Of a DNA stretch of 64,000 nucleotides, positions 1-44,900 are shown piece by piece. The stretch lies in contig NC_092675.1 of NCBI RefSeq assembly GCF_964355755.1, positions 23,904,912 to 23,968,911 on the forward strand, given 5' to 3'. Origin of the DNA: Antedon mediterranea (lineage: Eukaryota > Animalia > Echinodermata). The position numbers were made by a program, and so were the translations under genes. The notes beneath the pieces were generated by a model that saw only the letters and a list, made by a program, of their open reading frames with translations, was not told where the DNA came from and searched no databases. The first letter of the stretch is position 1, and the number at the start of each line of letters is the position of its first letter.

Positions 1-683
1 GCTTCAAAAGTAAATCTATTTTATTGTATTTAAACATTTTGTTATAAATTCATAATTGTTCTTTAAATATTCATTACCATAATTAACTTAATAATTTATG
101 CTAATTTAATCTTATGAATCATTTGTTTTTTATAGTTCAATGAAGAAAACCAAGGCAGCAAAATTAATATTATTTAACTTCAGTTTCATTAACATGATTT
201 TCATTTTTTTTTCAACTGTGTATATTTTCACACTATTTAGTAATATATAGTATTATTTGTATTGTAATGTCTGCCCATCCCTGCTTGCTTGCCTTCTTTC
301 TGCAATGTTCTCTTCCTTTGATCTCAGATTATAATCTCAGCTTTTCTTAATAACAAATTTCATTTTCTTTACATTATGAAACTATTTTGAAATAAACAAT
401 ATTTAATGTTTGTATAATCAACTTTATTTATATTCAGATATTGTATGATTGTATATGTATAGAAAAAACAAGAATTGAAACTGTATACTCTAAAGGGACA
501 TTTAGAGAGATTCACTTCACTTCCCCACTTCCTCTTTGAAAGGAGGAGATTACTGGTTCAGGCCCCATTTCCAACGTCTAGTATCTGCCCCTTTTTAATC
601 CTTTGAACAAAAACGATATTTAAGTGAGTGATGTGAATAAAAAATGAATATTTTGTGATAGTATATGGTTTTGTTTATCTCAG

Positions 684-31727
<31,044 letters not shown>

Positions 31728-34700
31728 CGAGAATAGTGTACTCAAACTGGCCTACTAGAATGTAGTGTATAATTATGTAAAAATAAAAGATAAAAATGTA
31801 TGATAGTATGATCAATATCATTTTCCACAAATTAGAAATGTTTCAATAATTTGTGTATTTACATGCACTTTATTATTAACATATTCATTATTAATCCCTT
31901 TTCATTAATTTGTGAGATTTATACAAGTTGGAAACATGAATTCTTAGGTTTCATTATATGCAATTTGCTGTATACATGAGTATCACATTTGTTTTTCATT
32001 TAATTTTAATCAATTTTCATTACATCATTTCCATAAAAATCTTTGAAAAGTCAATATCCTTAAATATATTGACTTTAAGAGTGTAATTTCACTCTAGTAC
32101 ACTGTATGTGTCTTACCTTGGTCTACTTTTTTTATTGGAGAACCTTGCGGGCTACTGTCTCCACTGCTACACAGGGATTGTTGTAGACATGATGGTTTAG
32201 CAATTGCGATACCTTTTGTTATATCCCACTGGCGTGCAGCATTCTTGATTGCAATTCTTGATTGTAAGGAAAATATTTCACTTAAGTGTGATTAAGTGAT
32301 ACGACCACTGGTTCATGAATTCAAAATCTCTCTAAGTGTTTGTTTACCAGTGATTTACGAGTTTGATCAAAACAATCGCATGCAAGTTGTACATAAATAA
32401 AGACATTTAAATTATTTATATATTATCTAGTCTTCCATAAATAAATGGTGATGAAAAGAAATGGTAATTTCATTTTATACACATTGTCCCAAAATTTAAC
32501 AAATTTAACCATAGTCAATGGGAACTGGTATCTACTGTGTATAACTAGTGTAAAAGGGTTACAAATACATTTTTTTTCAATGTTTTTAACTATTTAAAGT
32601 GTATTGTTTTACAGTATTTAAAATGAAATGCATGTATTTTTGAAGATAAAAAGATATGCGAGATTCCTACCTTATAGAGGAAAGTGGAATAGTCCAGGCA
32701 CTGTTGAATTTCATCGAAAGGAATATAAGAAGCAAATATTATTTAAGAAGTCTTTATACCAATCTATACCTCATTGTATGTACGGTATTTACAAAGAGTA
32801 ATTTTAAATCTAATTTTTTTTAAATAAGATTGTAAATATTTTTTAAAAGGTATCTAACTGGTTCAAAGTACAAATTCAACATATTATTTTCTTTAAAATA
32901 TTTTGTGTGTTTTTTTTTTATATTTTGTTTCTTAATGAATGTACAAATTGATATGATATAATGTTATGACATCTTCTTTTGCATTAATTAATTTAGATGT
33001 CAAGTTAAATACACTAATTATGATGTTAGTTAGGTTGTATTGTTATATTTACCAGATGCAATATTTTACACAGTAAAAGATTTGGATGTGGCGTCCAAAT
33101 TGTGTGGTATAGGCAATTTTGTAATTTACAAATTATGAAATTAATGGAAACTGATATTAATAAATTATGATTTTAATCATTATTTTAAAGAAATATTTAT
33201 TTGTAAATGTTTGTAAGTTAGAAGTGAATGCAGTATTTTGCTAAATAATTAATTTAAATTGCCTCATGTAATTTCATAGGTTTCTAATCATTGCGGATGA
33301 CAGCCATTTTGACTGTCGGTTATGGAACACAAGGGTGTTGGGGGGTCATGAGTTGGCTCGCGCTGCCTATGGAAAGTTGGTTTATGTTACCAGGGTAACG
33401 GTGGCGCATGACACCTCATATACTTTTAAACTACATAATGAAACTTCTTATTATGAAAGTTTGTTTACATACAAACAGAGAACATACAGGATTCTAGGGT
33501 TTTGCAAATGATAGGTGTGCTACAATTGTACTCTTCAATACATTCAGGGGTGCTGTAGGTGTGCTGTTATTTTGGTGTGTAGAAGTTTACCAAATTTAAG
33601 CGTGTTGTAAATCGGAAGAGCAGTTTAGGAGTGTGTTAGGTGAATGATCGCACTCGCTCGCCTTAAAAGACAAGGCCTGGAAGAGTCTCAAACATTTAAA
33701 ATTAAACCTAGATTCCTTACTGTGTACAAGGTAGTTCTGAGCTAGTAGTTGAGCACATAAAATATCCCTTCCAATCGGACAGAAACTATTCAGTATTGGT
33801 AGAAATAAATATTATGCTGAAGCATAGAATGCATCCCTGAGATGCTGTCGACCCACACAATTAGTGCCCTTTATCTCTCATACAGACATACACAAATAAG
33901 TATACGATTTATAAAAAAACAATATTTATTTAAGAAAATCAACTGAATACATAGCATTGAATATATATTGGTATTATTATTGATTGATATTATTAGTTTT
34001 AACTTCTTACTATAATAATGTTTAAAATCTATTTCTACAAAGGATTTGGAATACAATTAGCTGGCAAATATCCTACGGTTATTGGTATATAGCGAACACA
34101 AAATACCTGTACACAGGGCAATTAAGTATTGTATATTGGTTTCTTATAAATCAGTGGATATCAGGATTGATTTGGAATATAATATGTTATCATTACTATT
34201 ACAATACAACAGGGAATATAAACCAGAAAGACTTACACTTAACTATGATAAACCAAAACACTGCAAAATATATGGAAATGTGATGAATGAAACGGAAAAT
34301 GAACACAGTATTATACTTGATGGTGATGACAATGATGAACAATTGTTTTGATTTTAAACGTGGATGATGAATTGCTATAGTCACACAAAAAATAAATAAA
34401 AATAAACAAAATACATATAAATATATATAAAAGATGTCCATACTATTAGTTGGAATATTAAAATTTGGTATAAATATAAAATAAAATCTTTTAAACCTGT
34501 ATATTAAGCTAACACCAAGTAGTTTAAATATGAAAGTTATTAGTAAAAAAAAAAAGTTTAACTGCACAAATATAAGATTTTTACCCCGATTACATTACAT
34601 CATAGACAGACTAGGGTGCTAAAATGTTGTCACTCACTTGTAAAGTTTATCGATATATAGTAATAATTTGTTACATACATTGTTGTATACATGAATCAGG

Positions 34701-35712
34701 TTTTTTTTAATCTCATATTCCAGCAAAGGCACTCAATCTTCATTTACTTTTTTACTACAATATTACTAATGCCTACGTAGCAATATAGTTTGAACATGAA
34801 ATTTACAAACCAGTTTATCAATAAATAAAAAATATGTATATTTTTATTTGCATAGCACACACAAACTGAGTGTGTACACTCATGTATTTATAACCAGTGC
34901 TATAAGCCAGTTTATGTGACAGTTGGTTCATAATTATTTTGAAACCTGAGCAGCACTGATGAGATCTAATAAGCAGGATTCTGTACACATGTTTATTGTA
35001 TTGCTTCCTTCCTTGTATACAATACACAATTGTTGTCAAAATTCACAATGATTCTCACCAATACAGAAGCAGCAATGAAGTAAAAGGTATATCTAAATTG
35101 TGCATATTTTTTTTCCAATACTAGGGATTATTACATTATCATATTCATAAATCTCTCTATTTATTAGAGTATCCACAACCAAAATTAATTAAATTCAAAT
35201 TAAAATTAGATAAAATGAAATGTATTGAAATGTACAGAACGTCAACAGTTAATCAATTTGTCATGATTATATTAAAATACATTATGATACACAATGATAG
35301 TACCAAATACACATGAGCATCATGATTAATATATCAAAATGCACCAATACATTAGAAATTCCCTACAAAGTGCTTGATACTGTGCAACTTACTAACACCA
35401 ATGCTTATATACAAAATACATGGTTTCTAATAATTGTGTCACAATCTATTTAACAATAATTGAGGGAAGGAATAATGAAGAGATATTAGAGCGCCCCCAA
35501 TGAAACATTTTATTTATTTTATCAAAACCAACAGCAACGAAAGTTGCCACTTAAAACGGTATAATTATTTATTATTTATTTTGACAATTATTAAAATGGT
35601 TAAAATGCTATCCATCAAGATACAAGTTCTCTGAATAATGTTAAACTTTCAAAACTGTTTTTGTGTACGATTAGTGTTACTAAACAATCAAACCATCTAA
35701 AAGAAAAGTTTT

Positions 35713-35987
35713 TTATTTAGTATTTAGCTCATTATAAGCTGGTGGATTACCATGTGCAGGTTGAGCTACTTGACCTGGGTACTGATCAGGTTGACCAGTA
35801 GCTGGGTACTGATCAGGTTGACCAGTAGCTGGGTACTGAGTAGGTTGACCTGCAGGAGTGTATTGAGCAGGTTGACCAGCAGCTTGGAATTGAGGTTGTC
35901 CAGCTGAATATTGACCACCTGGATAGGGTGCAACAGGTTGTTGGTAATACATCGGTGTGTTCACAATCTGAGTTTGAGGAGGATACA
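35713..35987 (-). CDS. MS4A-like A terminal exon (P/Q/Y-rich tail)
   Basis: YPPQTQIVNTPMYYQQP...(PxQYPATGQ)n...GNPPAYNELNTK*. Confidence 0.85.
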
Positions 35988-38900
35988 CTAAAAGACAAAA
36001 TGCATTAGGTTAAAAAAGACACATTATTTATAAGTAAACAAGATTGTAATGTACTTGCATTAATTTATGTAAATACAATGATAGGTTGAAATGGAATTGC
36101 ACATGATTAGCGATGCAAAGGTCATTAAATGACAGTAAATGTAGACCGCAGTTGTTTTTTTATTTATCTCGGTCTCAGTAAAATTAATGTGATATACCAT
36201 ATGCGCTGAGGGAATATACAGTCCTGAGAGAACAATAGTTCCCACAGAGGATATCACATTTTATATTACACCTGTAAGCAGGCAACATCTGAACATTAAC
36301 TACTGCATTTTTAATAAATACAAAAATATATTTTGAACAATATAAATTAAAATACCTGGTCCCATTGGTTGTACATAACCACCAGTGTGGACTACTACTG
36401 GCTGTCCAGAACTATACATCACCTAAAAGATAAATTTACAAATTGTAATAAACATATTGGTAATAAATTAGATAGTTTCATAAAACAATTATGACTGCAG
36501 CCAGTAATATGTACTTTACTTTTAGACTGACTGAGGCTTTCATGGCACACAGTATGACTGTTTTAACAATAGGGGTTTTGATTTGAGTTGATATGAAAAG
36601 GAAGGAGTCCGTCCACGTCTACATGGTTAGGAAATACAAGCAGGAAGTTACTTATACTTTATCCAAGGTATATTAGCTTTTTGATTTGTGAAGTTTTTAT
36701 AAAATTAAAGATATTGTTACTCGCAATGGAATTAATAATTTCTTGGTAATCTAGCATTTTTTGTATACGAGGATCATATAGAATGCGTTCGTGTAATACG
36801 CTTAACACGCTGCATTGCGTATCGTTCTCAAGCAGATAGCCTCAACACAGGCGTATAGCCACTGATACCCACAGCATTGTCATTTTGTATCTCCATTGAG
36901 ATCCAGCCACTGATACCCACAGCATTGTCATTTTGTATCTCTATTGAGATCCAGCCACTGATACCCACAGCATTGTCATTTGGTATCTCCATTGAGATCC
37001 AGCCACTGATACCCACAGCATTGTCATTTGGTATCTCCATTGAGATCCAGCCACTGATACCCACAGCATTGTCATTTTTTGAGTAATTTGCCTTTGGATT
37101 TAAATATATATTTTATATATAAAAACTACTCTGAGTCACAAATATCTTTACTTACATGTTGATTTGATCTTGGAGGGCAGCACAAATCAGGTGACAGTAC
37201 ACACACAGCCGCAATGGAAAATGCAAATTCAAGTATACCAAGAACAATCAATACTGCATCTATTGCAATCTCAACATTCTGGAAAAAAAAAACAATTATT
37301 ATTTTTGGAAATGTATACAGTAAATAACTAATAACCAGCTCTATAATAGCCCATCCTAAACTATAACTACTGTATAACCCATGATTAGTAGCCTATAATT
37401 TGGGGTAGAGTATTTCTTAAAATCATGAAATATGGTGATGAGAGCACCAAGTAATGACAAATTCATATGTAGTAGTAATTTTATACAAAAAACTGTAAAA
37501 ATATTTTGTAAATTTGATCAAAGTGAACAAACAAAAGAAAAAAATTAAAAAGAATTACACAGTCATAAGTAGTATAGTCAGGATAGTAGGATCCATAATA
37601 GTTGTTGTAGTAGTGGTGGTAATATGTGCAATGCTCATTGTATCCTTCTTCTCTAGCTGCAGCTACACTCATCCACAGTATTTGATCAATAGAAAACAAA
37701 ATGGAAATGATACTCATGACAAGTCCACCAACAGCCTAAAAAAGAAACAATATTATGACAAACTGCATAATTACTTGTTAATTATTTTGCTATGCCATGA
37801 TTTGTATATTAGTGAACATATAATATGATGTGTTTCATGTTTATTGATGTATCACACATACAGGTATATTATGCAAGGCCATAGAGAGAGAGAGATTAAA
37901 AACAGATGAGGCAAAGATGCTTTAAATATAATTATTAATATAAAATATCATGAACTCTGCTGGGGAATTAGGGTGTTTAGTGAACATTGATAATCTCAGA
38001 TGAGGCCCTCGCTTCGTCTGTCTCATCATTACACGGACCAGGCTACTTTAGCGTTACGTTTGGCATCCACTGAATCAGTGGATGACCTATCCCCTCAACA
38101 TGTCAATTGTGGTATAAGTTGACAGGAATAATACTCTGTGGTGTAATAAAAATGCCAGCGTGTTTATTTAAGACTGCAAGTGTTAAGAATAACTTGCTGT
38201 CCATTTTCAACTTCCTCTTACCAATGACCAATAGCAAACAGGCACTGCTTGTCAATCAGGTCCTCACTGACTGGGTATTAACCAATCAATGTACTATTAG
38301 ATAGGTCACTGATTTTATAAAATAGTTTGCGGGAAATTTGATTTCTGACCTTGTACAGGAATAAATACTTTAGTGGTTGTTTATAATAATAATCTAAATA
38401 TTTCTCAATGCTGCTTTATGCAAAGCAATTTAACTAGAACTACAGACACATTAAATAAATACTTTTAAACATGAACAATAGTTTTGTTAGGGAATTGGGA
38501 TGGCCGTGTGATATTCAATTTATTAAATTTAATGGGAAAGTATATAGCCTATCTTTCACAAAATTTCGTATGTCATCAGGCAGCGTTTTAAAGGCTGGAA
38601 GCCCTTTGAATTGATCGATTTTGGGAACAAAATGGATTGATAGTCAATCATGAGTACTTCCGAACAGTGCTATAAATGTATCACGAAAGCATATTAGTGT
38701 TTCATGTTTTATTCACCTGTTGTTGGGTGGTGGACATCTTGTAGACAATGTACAGCAGCAACAAACATACATAATTGATACAAATAAACACAATTTAAAT
38801 TTGATAACTCTACGCGATTTTATACGAGATAAATGCGTAGACTCGGTCATCAATGACCGTCTACTTGATAATATAAACGACGAGCCCGTGGAAGAAAATG

Positions 38901-41900
38901 TAGCCTACAACAGAACTATTAGAAAGAATTAATCGCAAAAGGGTTAGGCCTAAGCCAGATATACCACGGAGTTCAAATATCCCCCGCCATTCCTCTTGAT
39001 GGATTGAGGCGGCAGGCATCAAAGCGATTTTAAAATTGAATGGAAGCGCATCGAAAATAAATAAAAGATCTTTCTCGGAAGATTCATTGTGGAGGAAAAT
39101 CTGACTTGCTGCATGCGTTTGCATGGTAGGTAGAAATCAACGTGCCGATAAAAATAAAATAATTAACAAATTCTTATCAGATAGATCTACGTAAACGTGT
39201 GAAGTAGGACTAAAGAGGTCTTATTTACAGTATATCAGTAGGCCTAATATATATTCGTATAAAATATCCTAATTTCCACAACTCAGGATTATGTCCATAA
39301 TGATATCAATAATAAGAATCTGTTATAGGCCTATGCGTAATTTTTTTAAATTAAGCCACTAATTTTTCATTATCATACATTAAATTCAATTATACCATAC
39401 ACAATTCAGTGATTATTTTACAATTATTTTCTCATTTTCTCAATTGTCTTTTCTCTTACAGGTAATAACGTGGTACGTGCTTCATGATTGATGGTAAAAT
39501 TAATTTATACCTGTAACAATAGATTATGGCAAGGCGTTTCGGACCGGACGGAGTAGGCCTACTCCTTTAAAGTTGTCATCGGAGGAGAAGATTAGGTGGA
39601 AGAAATGCTTTCCATGGACTGCACCAGAAGTAATTTCTTATGTAATAACGTTAGATCATGAATAATTAAAAATTGAATGAACCCACATAAGAAAAAAAAG
39701 TTAAATGAAACTTTGATGGGTTATACTGTAGTATATGCACGCGCACATATATATATGCGTACTGCGCATATGGTCTGACGAGGTTAGCCTACAAAACGTT
39801 CTATACTATTGTTCATGACTACTAGTTGGTTTCATTAAATACGTTCATTATTATACTCATCTCAACGTACTTATTAATTTGTCTACGACGATACACGACA
39901 CTGGCGACGAGGATGGGATACAGGCACATTTACATAGAGAGAAACGGAAGTATAATAATATTATAAAACTAGGCTAGGCCTAGGCTAGCAGTTTTTGATT
40001 TTCCAACAACGGCAACCGTAACCAAGGAACCGCACAGGCTAATAACGACTGAGCGCCCTGAACGTACAGAGCGAAGCGCGGTAATGGCAGCGGCTAATAC
40101 CAGAATTCTATTCGAGGAATTCAACGTCCAGGATGGAGACATAGATACGTATGTGGACAGGCTGGAACAATATTTTGTGGCATTAGATATCAATGACGGA
40201 GGTAAGAAAAGAGCGATATTATTGAGTAGTTTAGGAGAGACTGGATACACAACGATACGAGATTTGTGTTTTCCTGATAAACCAAGTACAAAATCGTACG
40301 ATACGCTCACAACCAAGCTCAAAGAGCATTACAAACCTACTCGAATAACGATTTCTGAACGATTTATATTCAGAAATGTAAAACAGACACGGGGACAGAC
40401 TATTTCTCAATTTGTATCCCATCTAAAGAAAAAGGCGATACATTGTGGTTTTGAAGGAGAGGCATTGGAAAACGCACTGCGTGATCAGTTCGTATGTGGA
40501 CTAATAAGTCAGAGCATCCAAAAGAAATTATTGACAAAGAACCATACGTTCAAGGAAGCAACAGACATAGCCATAGCCTCGGAGGCAGCAACAGCGAATA
40601 TGAAAAGTATGTCGCACGATGTGGACAAGCCAATCAACCACGTTACGTCTAACAGCAGGAAGTCTACGAAAACGTATCAAGCGTCAAAACAAACACGAAC
40701 GCAGAAATGTGACCGCTGTGGTATGAACAATCATACAAGAGATACGTGTAAATACAAAAACGCTACATGCTTTAAATGCAACAAACAAGGACACCTAAAA
40801 TCAGAATGCAGGCAGTCGAGTAAATCAACAAAACAATATAAACCTAAATCCATCAAGCAAGTAGAAGCACCGGATTACGACGAAGGTAATGACGATTTTG
40901 TAGATACAATGTTTTGCGTAGGCATTAAGCAGGACTTGAACGCATTCTAGGACCTAAATCAGCTATTCCGACACTGGCCGCACAGAGATTACAGCGATGG
41001 GCAATCGTGCTGTCAGCGTTCGAATACGATTTAAAGTTCATTCCTGGAAAACAGAACGTAATTGCCGACGCACTCTCACGTCTCCCAATGCCATACGAAG
41101 GACGGGAAGACGATGCAGTATATAACATAGCGGGGCATACATTAGACAATTTGCCAGTCACGAGTACGAACGTACAACAGCATACCAGGAAAGACCCGCT
41201 ATTGAGCAAAGTGTTATACATGGTACAGACAGGTTTATGGCAGTCAGAAAACGACGACGATCTAAAACCATTCCTACACCGAAGAGACGAATTGAGTGTA
41301 GAACAGGACTGTTTGCTGTGGGGATACAGGGTAGTGATTCCACCGAAACTCAGAGGGGCAGTTCTGGAGGAGCTTCATTGTGCTCACCCCGGAATCGTGC
41401 GTATGAAAGAGATTGCGCGAAGTCATGTCTGGTGGCCCCAGATAGATTCCGACATTGAACGATTGGTGAAGCAATGTCAAGCATGTCACCAAACACAAAG
41501 TCGACCAAGCGTAGCACCAATGATGCCCTGGATCTGGCCAAATCAGCCTTGGACACGAATACATATTGACTATGCGCAGAAAGATAAACGAGATTATCTA
41601 GTAGTGGTTGACTCATATTCGAAATGGCCAGAAGTCGTTCAGATGAACAGTACGACGAGTGCAGCGACCATCAAAGCGATGAGAGAGTTGTTCAGTAGAT
41701 ACGGATTGCCTGTTCAACTTGTAAGCGATAATGGACCTCAGTTTGTTAGCGACGAATTTGAATTCTTCTTAAAGCAAAACGGGGTGAAACATGTAAAGGT
41801 TGCACCTTATCACGCCGCAAGCAACGGAGCAGCAGAACGAATGGTTCAATCTTTCAAAAGATCGTTAGCGGCAAGCCGAGCTAATGGGAAGGATTTCCAA

Positions 41901-44900
41901 CAATGTTTGGACAGATTTCTTTTATCGTATCGCACAACAAAACACGCAACTACGGGACAAACAACGCCAGCGAAGTTATTCATGGGCCGTGAGTTGAGAA
42001 CGCGAGTATCACTTTTACATCCCAGTACAGAAAACAAGGTACTTAACAAGCAGAGTGATCAGAAGCTTCATCACGACAAAACGAAAGATCTACGAGAATT
42101 TTACCCAGGTGAAATGGTATTAGTGAAAGATTTCCGACAAGAGGGAAAGTGGTGGCCAGGTACCGTGATAGAACGTACCGCTCCAAAATCATACGTAATT
42201 AGTGTTGAGGATGGCCGAGTGTGGAAAAGACACATTGACCAGTTGAAAGCGACAGACGCGGACGCTTACGCGAGTAAAACCCCTACCTTACATAGCGAGT
42301 TGGAACACAAGATTAAACAGACAGTACCAATAACGATTGCGAGCGAAACGATTGCGAACAAAGAGCAAACATCCACCAACCAACCGGTTGAAGAGGAACA
42401 TAGATTGTCTTCATCGCCTGAGGTTATTCCACGACGCTCCACGCGACTTCGAAGGAAGCCAACACGACTTATCGAAGAGATATAGAACTTGTGAACAATG
42501 TTATTATTATGAACGTTAAAGTTATGTTGTTCATGTTTTTACACAAAATTATAATGGTGAGAATTACTCACATTTGTTAATTATTATGAGGAACCAAATA
42601 AGAACTATCTGGAACTATAGAAGCAGTAATTTAATCACGATGATTAACCTATTTGATTAACAAAATAATTAACGAAAGTTTATTGTGCTTATTGATATAA
42701 TGTTAACGTTAAAATAAGAAAGGAGGAGTGTAGTATATGCACGCGCACATATATATATGCGTACTGCGCATATGGTCTGACGAGGTTAGCCTACAAAACG
42801 TTCTATACTATTGTTCATGACTACTAGTTGGTTTCATTAAATACGTTCATTATTATACTCATCTCAACGTACTTATTAATTTGTCTACGACGATACACGA
42901 CATATACTGTAGATGCAAAAAAGGATAATCTGTTGGAAATAAATTTTGTAAACATTTAAAGATCAAAAAAATCAATGTTAAAGGATGAAGAAAATATAAT
43001 GTTAACAGTAAAAAGTTAGTAAGTAATTAGTATAACAGAGAATATGCATTGTTTAAATGAAAATATGTTTGCATAGATAAATCCAAAGAAAAATAAAATG
43101 GGACAAACCCATGGGATGGATTTAGTAAACATAAACGTATTATAATTGTATGAAATAAATATCCATGTAGATGAAAAAAAACAACTATGTAAGAAAAAAT
43201 AAGCTTTGTTAATGAAAATGTGTAATAGATAATAATTATGTATAAAAAGAGGAAACTATGTAATCAATGTGGTTAAATGATAATGTATGTATAAACAAAA
43301 TGATATATGGAAATAGTTTTTTTAAAGAAAATAAGTTAAAAAAAAGTGGAATGAATCCACATAAGAGAAGAAAGTAAAAAAGTTAAATGAAAATTTAAGA
43401 AGTTATAGTGCAAAAAAAGGATAATCTGCTGGAAATAAAAGTTTTGTAAACATTAAAGAACAAAAATATTAATATTAATGTTAAAGGACGAGAACAATAT
43501 CATGTTAACAGTAAACATTTAGTAAGTAATGAGTATAACAGAGAATATGCATAAATTGTAGCTTTGTTTTCTTTTATTTATTATTAGTTTATGTATATAT
43601 ATATATCTTTTTTTTTCGTATTCGTATTTAATGTTATATTTCGTGGTGGGTCAAACTTACTGACTGACTTATTATGACTCTCTCCCCACATGATTACTTC
43701 ATTGCATTTATTATCCTGTATGTATGTTATTATATTGAGGAAATAAAATTAAATTGAAAATGAAATTATATTTATTTGCAATTATCACGTATTTTGTTCT
43801 ATTTTGCATTGTATAAAATTGTTATAAAACGTTTCTGGGTACAACACTAGTAAAAAAAAATTGTTTTGTACAAAAACATTGACTGGGTACAAAAACGGTG
43901 GCAGGGTATAAAAACAGTGGCAGGGTACACAAACAGCGACAGGGTACAAAAACGGTGGCAGGGTACAAAATCGATGGCAGCTGGGTACAAAAACAGTAGC
44001 AGGGTACAAAAACAGTAGCAGGGTACAACAACAGTAGCAAGGTACAAAAACAGTAGCAGGGTACAAAAACAGTGGCAGGGTACAAAAAAGGTGACAGGGT
44101 ACAAAATAGATGGCAGCTGGGTACAAAAACAGTAACAGGGTACAAAAACAGTGGCAGCGTACAAAAACGGTGGCAGGGTACAAAAACGATGGCAGATGGG
44201 TACAAAAACAGTGGCAGGGTACAAAAATAGTGGAAGGGTACAAAAACGGTGGCAGGGTACAAAAACGATGGCAGCTGGGTACAAAAAAAGTGGCAGGGTA
44301 CAAAAACAGTGGCAGGGTACAACATCGATGGCAGTTGGGTACAAAAAAATGAGCAGGGTACAAAAACAGTGGAGGGTACAAAATCGGTGGCAGGGTACAA
44401 AAACGGTGGCAGGGTACAAAAACGATGGCAGAGTACAAAAACGATGGCAGCTGGGTACAAAAACAGTGGCAGGGTACAAAAACGGTGGCAGGGTACAAAA
44501 ACGGTGGCAGTGTACAAAAACAGCATCACTAATTTTATACAATAGTTCGCGGGAAATCTGATTGCTGACCTTATACAGGAATAAATACTTAGTGGTTGTG
44601 ATATTCCATTAAATTAAATAAATGTATATCTTTCACAAAATGACTTAAAATATCTTTGTATGTCAGGCAGTGTTTAAAAGGCTGGAAGGCCCTGGTGGAA
44701 GGGTACAAACAGTGGCAGGGTACAAAAACGATGGCAGCTGGGTACAAAAAAAGTGGCAGGGTACAAAAACAGTGGCAGGGTACAACATTGATGGCAGTTG
44801 GGTACAAAAAATGAGCAGGGTACAAAAACAGTGGAGGGTACAAAAACGGTGGCAGGGTATGAAAACGATAGCAGCTCGGTACAAAAACAGTGGCAGGGTA

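Larger units (their letters stand above)
39727..42902 (+). mobile_element. Ty3/Gypsy LTR retrotransposon, internally deleted (gag + integrase only)
   Basis: 174-bp TG..CA LTRs at 39727-39900 and 42729-42902 that look identical; TATAC TSD (39722-39726, 42903-42907); PBS; PPT; gag and integrase frames. Confidence 0.95.

Noticed and set aside
34082-34567. Overlapping 89-aa and 122-aa ORFs between the genes
   Set aside because: AT-rich low-complexity translations with no motifs or convincing splice context.
40900-40950. Programmed -1 frameshift joining gag to integrase
   Set aside because: The -1 frame has a TAA just upstream (~40926), and I see no X XXY YYZ slippery heptamer in the short overlap; a deletion-caused frameshift is simpler.
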